DNA of 64,000 bases from Nitrosopumilus sp. (lineage in GTDB: Archaea; Thermoproteota; Nitrososphaeria; Nitrososphaerales; Nitrosopumilaceae), in assembly GCA_965238275.1 (NCBI GenBank), contig OZ250186.1, forward strand, positions 192,001 to 256,000, given 5' to 3'. The notes under the pieces were generated by a model. The model ran no database searches. It was not told the origin of the DNA and worked only from the letters and a program-made list of their open reading frames with translations. Within the stretch, counting starts at the first letter, position 1; every line of letters starts with the position of its first letter. Shown here piece by piece: positions 57,750 through 64,000 of this stretch. The translations under genes and the position numbers were made by a program.

Positions 57750-58583
57750 ATGGATGCAGCAGGTGTCCTCATGGAGGCCTCCAGGAGAATCTTTGAGAGC
57801 GTGGAGGGGATGGCAGGCACCGGCAGGGCCGCAGGGGACTTTGGGATAGGCGCAGGAGGGGACGTATCTCGAAACATAGACATCGTAGCAGAGAAGGCAG
57901 TGCTGGACTACCTCAGGGAGGTCGACTTTGAGTGTGTCGTCTTGGGCGAGGAGTGCGGAAGGGTAGAGCTCTCCGAGAACCCCAAAGGATACGTCATCAT
58001 GGATGCGATAGACGGCTCTGCCAACGCAGTGCACGGCGTCCCGTTCTTTTGCAGCTCCTTGGCGTTTGCCACGCAGTACAGCCTCAGCTCGGTTACCGAG
58101 GGGGTGGTTACGAATCTGACTGACGGACAGGCGTACAGCGCCTCAAGGGGAAAGGGCGCATTCATGGACGGTAGGCGCATAAGCGTCAGCGGCCAGAACC
58201 CCATCTACAGGATAATAGGGGTCAACACGTCAGGCGCCACTACAGACCTGATGAGAAGGATGCAGCCGGTATTTGAGAACAACCACACGAGGCACTTTGG
58301 TGCAAACGCCCTTGAGATGGCGCTTATTGCGCGGGGCTGCATGGACATGCTAATCGATCTGAGGGCAAAGATCAGAATCCAGGACATTGCCGCAGGATAC
58401 CTGCTGGTAAAGGAGGCAGGCGGCCTCATGCTGGACGGGAACCTGAATCCGCTGGATGCGGATCTGGACTATGGCACAAGAATCTCATTCATTGCCGCTG
58501 CCAACAACGGCATTCTCGGCGAGATAATGTCGCAGATCAACGGTACCGCGCCGGGGGACGGCGGTCAGTCCGGTGCCGGATGA
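57750..58583 (+). CDS. suhB: inositol monophosphatase / FBPase family protein
   Basis: GEE, DAIDGSAN, DIAAG...VKEAGG. Confidence 0.88.
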   Translation: MDAAGVLMEASRRIFESVEGMAGTGRAAGDFGIGAGGDVSRNIDIVAEKAVLDYLREVDFECVVLGEECGRVELSENPKGYVIMDAIDGSANAVHGVPFFCSSLAFATQYSLSSVTEGVVTNLTDGQAYSASRGKGAFMDGRRISVSGQNPIYRIIGVNTSGATTDLMRRMQPVFENNHTRHFGANALEMALIARGCMDMLIDLRAKIRIQDIAAGYLLVKEAGGLMLDGNLNPLDADLDYGTRISFIAAANNGILGEIMSQINGTAPGDGGQSGAG

Positions 58584-58641
58584 TACACTGGACATTCTAT
58601 AAAAGAAATACATTTAACCAAAGTTAGGAACTACCGTTTGT

Positions 58642-59484
58642 ATGGTAAAGGAGACAAAGGCCAGGATTACCTACGTAGAGCTGCTAAAGGAGGATTTGGT
58701 CATCATACGGCTGACTCCGGAGACGGGGATGCCACGGTACAGGACTGGCCAGTTTCTGACAATCGGCGTTCCGATACCCGCAGAAAAGAAGATCGTCAGA
58801 AGGGCATACTCCATCGCATCGCACCCGGAGAACAGAGACTACTATGAATTTGTAATAAGGTGGGTAAGAAAGCCGCTCCCGGGCCGCGTCACCACGGAGC
58901 TGTTCTATGCAAGCGTGGGTGATGTGGTGCACCTTGGGGATCCGACCGGCGCTGCGCTGCAGATAAGCCAGATACTGCCAGACGGCTCAGAGGACACCAG
59001 AAGGATAATCTGTGTTGGCGGAGGGACCGGACTGGCGCCGTTTATCGCCTTTGCAAAGCACCTGCACGACATCGGCGACAAAAGGGAGCTCATCGTGCTG
59101 CACGGCGCAAGCTATGTAGATGAGCTGAGCTACAAGCGCTTCCTGACTGACCTGGAGATAGAAAGCGAGGCCAGGGGAAGGGACCAGTGGGACTTTAAGT
59201 ACCGGGCTGCAATCAGCAGGCCAAAGGAGTTCTTCAACAGGTCATGGAACGGCCACGTGGGCAGGGTGGAGTCATTCTTCAAGCCAAACAAAAGGACTGG
59301 AATGTCACCAATCGAGGAGATGGTAGGCGAAGAGATCACTCCACAGAATACGATGATCTACATCTGCGGGTACCAGGGAACCATTGACGGGGTCATGGAG
59401 TCAATCGGCTCAAAAGGGTTCATCACAGAACACGAAAAGGACGCAGATGGAAACTATTCAATAAAGTACGAGTCCTATGGATAG
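58642..59484 (+). CDS. fpr: ferredoxin--NADP+ reductase
   Basis: GQFL, RRAYSIAS, GGGTGLAPF, YICG. Confidence 0.88.
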   Translation: MVKETKARITYVELLKEDLVIIRLTPETGMPRYRTGQFLTIGVPIPAEKKIVRRAYSIASHPENRDYYEFVIRWVRKPLPGRVTTELFYASVGDVVHLGDPTGAALQISQILPDGSEDTRRIICVGGGTGLAPFIAFAKHLHDIGDKRELIVLHGASYVDELSYKRFLTDLEIESEARGRDQWDFKYRAAISRPKEFFNRSWNGHVGRVESFFKPNKRTGMSPIEEMVGEEITPQNTMIYICGYQGTIDGVMESIGSKGFITEHEKDADGNYSIKYESYG

Positions 59485-59622
59485 ACGGACTCGTAGATGA
59501 TGATGATGATGATGCCATATTCATGATGCAGCCACCAAGTGTCGAATCGACGTGTGGCCTGGCCGTCCGCATCAGACATAACGCAAACAGACATGCAGCG
59601 ACTGCGCCAGCATCAAATGGGG

Positions 59623-60696
59623 TGTAATATATGATAATTATTTCGCCTAGTCATCGGTGTCCACCTCCATCCATTTTGGGTTGTCATTCCTGATCGCTTC
59701 AGTGGCCTTTCTGTTGCGAAACGCAAGCAATGGGGTCTCGTAGTTGTCAATGTCCAAGGACCAGTGAAGCCTGCGTTCGTTGTAGTATTCAATGTATTTT
59801 GACAATGACTCGTAGTGGTAAATCTCTTCTTCTATGCTGCGGTGGAACCGCTCCAGCTTGCCGTTGGTCTGGGGGTGGTACGGCCTGGTGTTTATCAGCT
59901 CGATTCCGCGGTCCAGCAACTCGGCCTCAAAGGCGGTAGGCTGCCATGATCCGGCAGGTGCCTTCCTTCTCCTGCCGTCTTCCCCTTTCTTGTGCCTGCC
60001 TGCCGCGCCTACAAAGCACGAACCGTTGTCAGATAGTATGGTGGCAGGCGTTCCAAACGTCTCGATTGCCTTTTGCAGCACGGCCACCGCGTTCTCTGAG
60101 GTGGCCTCGGTGAACAGCTGCGCTGCCGCCACGCACCGGGAGGAGTCATCCAGATACGTGACTAGGTTGAGTCCCCTGAAGCGCGGATCCTTCATGACGT
60201 GCCAGTCAACATGCCACATCGCGTTTGAGTATCTTCTCTCAAAGCGGACCCACTTTCTCTTCTTGGACTTTGCAGGAGACGCAGTCACCAGACCGTTGTC
60301 CTTCATGATCCGATATGTCAGGGCGTAGCTAATATCATGATTCCTTCTCAGTTTTTTGGCCGTCTGCAGAACGCCTACGGGTTCACGCCCGTGCTCCTCT
60401 AGCACCATGCTCACATCCGCGTCTGTCGCGTGCACTGGTCTTCTTCCCGGTCTCTGCAGCGCATGCACGGTACCCGTACGCCGAAACTCTGCATACAGTT
60501 GCTGGATGCGCCTCTGGGACACACCCACTTGTTTTGCCACTGTGGATGTCTTCTGTCCCTTTTGACACTGTGTAATTGCATACCGTACTGCCTTTTGTGT
60601 AAGCCTCGCTACCATGGATTTTCTTGATCGGTACAGCACAAAATACTCCTTGATAGTTCTCCTAAAATTAGGACGAACTAATTCTCGTACAATAGA
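59623..60696 (-). mobile_element. IS481-family element with ~25-bp imperfect TIRs and 16-bp flanking direct repeats
   Basis: Ends TGTAATATATGATAATTATTTCGCC and (rev. compl.) TCTATTGTACGAGAATTAGTTCGTC, 18/25 identical. CCAGCATCAAATGGGG at 59607-59622 and 60697-60712. Confidence 0.88.
59647..60615 (-). CDS. IS481-family (rve) transposase
   Basis: HTH N-terminus, WHVD, DDSSR, SDNG, PYHPQTNGKLERF, YN..R.H.SL. Confidence 0.92.
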   Translation of the reverse strand: MVARLTQKAVRYAITQCQKGQKTSTVAKQVGVSQRRIQQLYAEFRRTGTVHALQRPGRRPVHATDADVSMVLEEHGREPVGVLQTAKKLRRNHDISYALTYRIMKDNGLVTASPAKSKKRKWVRFERRYSNAMWHVDWHVMKDPRFRGLNLVTYLDDSSRCVAAAQLFTEATSENAVAVLQKAIETFGTPATILSDNGSCFVGAAGRHKKGEDGRRRKAPAGSWQPTAFEAELLDRGIELINTRPYHPQTNGKLERFHRSIEEEIYHYESLSKYIEYYNERRLHWSLDIDNYETPLLAFRNRKATEAIRNDNPKWMEVDTDD

Positions 60697-60750
60697 CCAG
60701 CATCAAATGGGGGTATGAATTTTTATATTCAGGGTCATCTTCACAAAATC

Positions 60751-60918
60751 ATGACAGCACTTGCGTGCATTGACTACGGTTTCGAATGCGACTTTGTGAC
60801 ACAGGGGGACGTAGAGAAGATAGTGGAGGAGTTTAGGGTGCACATGGAAGAGGAGCACGGAATAGAATACTCTGCAGAGGCAATCATGCAGTTTGTCATG
60901 AGAAAGCAGGGCAGCTAG
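60751..60918 (+). CDS. DUF1059-like small metal-binding protein
   Basis: LAC.DYGFEC.F...H..E.HG pattern. Confidence 0.75.
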   Translation: MTALACIDYGFECDFVTQGDVEKIVEEFRVHMEEEHGIEYSAEAIMQFVMRKQGS

Positions 60919-61991
60919 GCACCAGGCATCTTCATTCTAGCAGACAGTATCGGCAGTTCCTTGTCTATGATCTTCTCGACTGCAGGAACCAGCACCTTCT
61001 GGACTCTGGCACTCTCCTCGTAGATCTCAAATATCTGATCCCGGAAGAGCAGCTTGAGTCCGGGAAATGCCGTAATCCCCTCGTCGACTGTCCTTGGGTC
61101 AGACAGGTCCAGTATCAGGGTGCCCTTCTTCTTCTCCTCGAGTGCCAGATGGACGGTATCAGGGGTAATCAAAAAGTAGTCGGCAGTCGTGGCGACAAAC
61201 ACTATGTCGTATTTTTCAAAGTCGGCCATAACATCTGCAAAGTCGACTGGCTCTCCGCCAACCATGCTGCTGAATCCGGTTGCCCGTTCGATGGTTCTGC
61301 TTGTCACGGCAAACGAGATTCCCCTCTTGTTGAGGGTCTTTGCGACCATGGCAGCAGGTTCCCCGGTGCCTATCAGCAACACCTTCTTCTTTGAGTCCAG
61401 GCCTGCCTTCTCATCGACTAACCGGATTGCAACATCGCCAAGCGACATCACGTCCTTGCCGATTTTGGTGGTCTCCCGGATGCTGGTTGCCAGCCGGATC
61501 ACATCCCCAAACAGCTTGTTGATTATTCTCCCAGAGACGCCTGTAGCCTTTGCCTTGACCATGGACTCGATAATCTCCGCGTATACCTCCATCTTTCCGA
61601 TAACGACAGAGTCCAGACCTGTTGCAAGACGGAGCAGGTGCAGGTATACGTCATCGCCCTTGTACACCTCAAGGGTCTGATCAAAGTGATCGATATCAAT
61701 CTGCTCCAGCGTGGACAGGGAGACCCAGGTATCCTTGATCCTGTTCAGCGTCAAGCCCTTTCCCTCCTTGCGTCTTGCGTCAGGGGAGTCTTCAGTCACG
61801 ACGTTGCTGACTGTAAATATCTCAACCCTGCTTGCAGTCTGAAGGATTATGCATTCGTCCACCCCCGAAATCTTCCTGAACTCCTGGTACGCCACATCAA
61901 TGTCCTTGAATGTAAACTTTGAGAGCGTGTGCAGGGGAACGTTCTTGAAGGTAACCCGGGCATTCATTACATCAAAACTGATCTGGCTCAA
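60915..61991 (-). CDS. hemA: glutamyl-tRNA reductase-like protein lacking the catalytic Cys
   Basis: HemA fold (HL.R...GLDS, IG.G NADPH region, DLS.PR) but TASR replaces TCNR; only 358 aa. Confidence 0.82.
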   Translation of the reverse strand: MSQISFDVMNARVTFKNVPLHTLSKFTFKDIDVAYQEFRKISGVDECIILQTASRVEIFTVSNVVTEDSPDARRKEGKGLTLNRIKDTWVSLSTLEQIDIDHFDQTLEVYKGDDVYLHLLRLATGLDSVVIGKMEVYAEIIESMVKAKATGVSGRIINKLFGDVIRLATSIRETTKIGKDVMSLGDVAIRLVDEKAGLDSKKKVLLIGTGEPAAMVAKTLNKRGISFAVTSRTIERATGFSSMVGGEPVDFADVMADFEKYDIVFVATTADYFLITPDTVHLALEEKKKGTLILDLSDPRTVDEGITAFPGLKLLFRDQIFEIYEESARVQKVLVPAVEKIIDKELPILSARMKMPGA

Positions 61992-62002
61992 ACCATCACC
62001 TA

Positions 62003-62629
62003 CTACTGGATCCTGTCCCGTCCGCCCTTTGCGGTTCGAAAGACGTTCATGCCTATGAAATAATTCTCATGCAGGGACCGCAGATAGATTATCTTGTCCT
62101 TTACGTCCCGGATCTGTTTTGGGGTCGCATCCGGATCATTCTTCAGTATTTGAAGATCCTTCTTTGCCTCGTTCAGGAAAGAGTCCACTCCACGCTCATA
62201 GTTTGAAAGGCCGCCAAACTCCGGGCTCAGGACATGCTGGGGGACATACCTGGGGGTGTTGTCTATGGGGATCTCTGCCTTTCTCGTAAGCGACTCCTGC
62301 TGCTCTGCAGTGAGGATCGGTCTTGGGAACCTGTCCTTCTTGTGCAGGAAGAACTCAGGCTCGCCCATGTCGCGTCTGAATATCTCCTCGCCCTGCCTCT
62401 TAAAGGTATGAGTGGCCTTCTTTGCAGCGCTTGTCTTGACTGCAACTGCAATTGCCTTGTATTCGGCCTCGGCAGCAGCCTTGGCCTTGGCCTTGGCCTC
62501 CTCCACTTTTGCCATTGCCGCCTTTAGCGCGGCCTCTGCATCCTCGAGGATCTTTGCCGGGCTCTCTGCGGCAACGGGCGCATCGGCTACAACGTCTTCT
62601 GCCGGTACAGCCTCTGCTTTTTCGGACAT
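62003..62629 (-). CDS. hypothetical protein with Ala/Glu/Lys-rich N-terminal coiled coil
   Basis: ORF co-oriented just upstream of the hemA-like gene; AT-rich promoter-like region upstream. Confidence 0.7.
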   Translation of the reverse strand: MSEKAEAVPAEDVVADAPVAAESPAKILEDAEAALKAAMAKVEEAKAKAKAAAEAEYKAIAVAVKTSAAKKATHTFKRQGEEIFRRDMGEPEFFLHKKDRFPRPILTAEQQESLTRKAEIPIDNTPRYVPQHVLSPEFGGLSNYERGVDSFLNEAKKDLQILKNDPDATPKQIRDVKDKIIYLRSLHENYFIGMNVFRTAKGGRDRIQ

Positions 62630-62755
62630 CAAAGGTAGCTTGAATACCCTGAATTTTAATATTCTTCTATGTGCATTCCTGACAGACCGGCATCGACCAA
62701 TGCATGCAGGAGTCGTGGTTCGGCAGCCACATTGCGCATGAAATAGGATTAATGG

Positions 62756-62830
62756 CGCCCTCGGCGGGATTTGAACACGCGTCTCAGCCGTGACAGGGCC
62801 GAATTCTAGACCGGGCTATACTACAAGGGC
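62756..62830 (-). tRNA. tRNA-Asp(GTC)
   Basis: Reverse complement GCCCTTGTAGTATAGCCCGG...CGGCC-CTGTCAC-GGCTG...GTTCAAATCCCGCCGAGGGCG, then CCA. One T-stem mismatch. Confidence 0.92.
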
Positions 62831-62945
62831 ACAAATAATCTGGGCCATATCACCTGATTAAAAGTTTCTGTCACGACTAGTTAGTTTCACAACTATGCCT
62901 TACCGTCATCCAAATTTCAACGACGCCAAAACATGGCCGTTTTGT

Positions 62946-64000
62946 TCACGCCATCGCTATCGCCTCACGTGCCACTGCCAGCAGCATGTTGTATGTCCGG
63001 ATCCTTATTGCAATCTCTTGTACTATGTTTTCCATCTTTACCGCGTTGACCGAGCAGCCAAATATCCTTTTGAGTGACGAGAATACGATCTCTACCAGCC
63101 ATCGCCGCCCGTACCCCACGCGCTCCTTCCATTCCTTTTGGTTGGAGACGCGTTCGTCCACGTCTAGCGAGGCCAGCTTCTTCGGACTGGGGTTGCTGCC
63201 ACACATCTGATCCTGCGCGGCAAGCCCGCGCGTCCTGCCCACTCCATTGGCCCGGCCGTTGGCGTTTTTCTTTATCCTGATGAGCGGCACGATGCCTAAT
63301 CTGTGACAGTATTCGAATATCGCCCTCGTGTCGTATCCTGCATCTCCACGCAGTTCTATTACGATCTGCCCTCCCCCTGCGTGCATGACCGGGCAGAAAG
63401 GCACACGGCCGTACGGCCCGGTCGCGTTCTCGACGCCGGCCGCACAGGATCCGTCCGGGACATCCCCGGCATCGGGATGATCCTTGCTTTGGGATTTTTT
63501 GGAACCTGCTGCACGCCGTGCTTCCCTTACCTTCGCCTTGCCGACGCCGTCCCTGAGTCCTGCCGCATCCAGGCCGAGAATCTTCAGCGAGTCGTCTACG
63601 AGATCATTGAACTGGGACGAGTCGCCTTTCCTCTCGTCAGTCACCCTGAAGGCCAGTATTTCCCTCGTCTCCTGGTTTATCATGACGCTCAGCTTGATGA
63701 ATCCGCGCACCTTTCTGTGCTTGTGGTGTATCCAGTCGCTGCGCGTGGAGGGTGCGAGTCCGGTGGCGTCAGGCACCAGGCACAAGACGTCGCTGCCGTT
63801 TTGGATTGCAGTCACGCCACCCTCCTGCCGCACTTTCATGCCGCGTATCCTTCTCCACAGTGTGACGTGGTCTGGGGCGTCCTCTTGGCCAAGTGCCGAC
63901 ATGGCCATCCCCTGACACATTCGGTACGACAGGGTGCCGTAGATTGAGCGTATTCCTGCAATTGCCATCACGGCCACGTCCGGGTACTGGTATGGGCGCC
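62946..64000 (-). CDS. IS5-family transposase (5' end beyond window)
   Basis: Frame open to the edge (RPYQYPD), PDH.TL.RR, DATG, GDAGYD, GYGRRWLVEIVFSSLKRIFG. Confidence 0.9.
   Translation of the reverse strand, partial: RPYQYPDVAVMAIAGIRSIYGTLSYRMCQGMAMSALGQEDAPDHVTLWRRIRGMKVRQEGGVTAIQNGSDVLCLVPDATGLAPSTRSDWIHHKHRKVRGFIKLSVMINQETREILAFRVTDERKGDSSQFNDLVDDSLKILGLDAAGLRDGVGKAKVREARRAAGSKKSQSKDHPDAGDVPDGSCAAGVENATGPYGRVPFCPVMHAGGGQIVIELRGDAGYDTRAIFEYCHRLGIVPLIRIKKNANGRANGVGRTRGLAAQDQMCGSNPSPKKLASLDVDERVSNQKEWKERVGYGRRWLVEIVFSSLKRIFGCSVNAVKMENIVQEIAIRIRTYNMLLAVAREAIAMA

Noticed and set aside
62860-62945. Terminal inverted repeat of the IS5 element
   Set aside because: The other end is outside the window, so the boundary cannot be fixed.

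Overview
Chromosomal segment of an ammonia-oxidising archaeon (Nitrososphaerota/Thaumarchaeota, Nitrosopumilaceae-type gene set). It carries a stand-alone 5S rRNA, ABCE1, an 11-subunit complex I operon (nuoABCDHIJKMLN, no EFG), the 3HP/4HB-cycle acetyl/propionyl-CoA carboxylase, rfcL and three tRNAs. The visibly GC-rich coding sequence, heavy IS load, TPR expansion and urea genes suggest a host-associated lineage such as a sponge symbiont (inference). Accessory content: (1) a transposase-less TnpB element (4568-6108) bounded by terminal inverted repeats and a TA on each side, inserted in the last codons of ABCE1 so that the empty site can be rebuilt, with a second copy interrupted by an IS66; (2) a urea island with divergent ureABC/ureEFGD, two identical dur3 + zinc-finger membrane gene modules, a third dur3 fused to a USP domain, an Lrp regulator and an orphan ParB; (3) a dps/fur pair with four phased operator boxes; (4) an MNT-HEPN toxin-antitoxin pair; (5) IS481 (16-bp direct repeats) and IS5 elements. 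Smaller oddities include a HemA paralogue lacking the catalytic Cys, an RNase HIII-like enzyme, a repeat-expanded NuoC, a disrupted CADD-like gene and a tRNA-Glu with a T-loop intron. All calls come from reading motifs by eye; no database searches were run.
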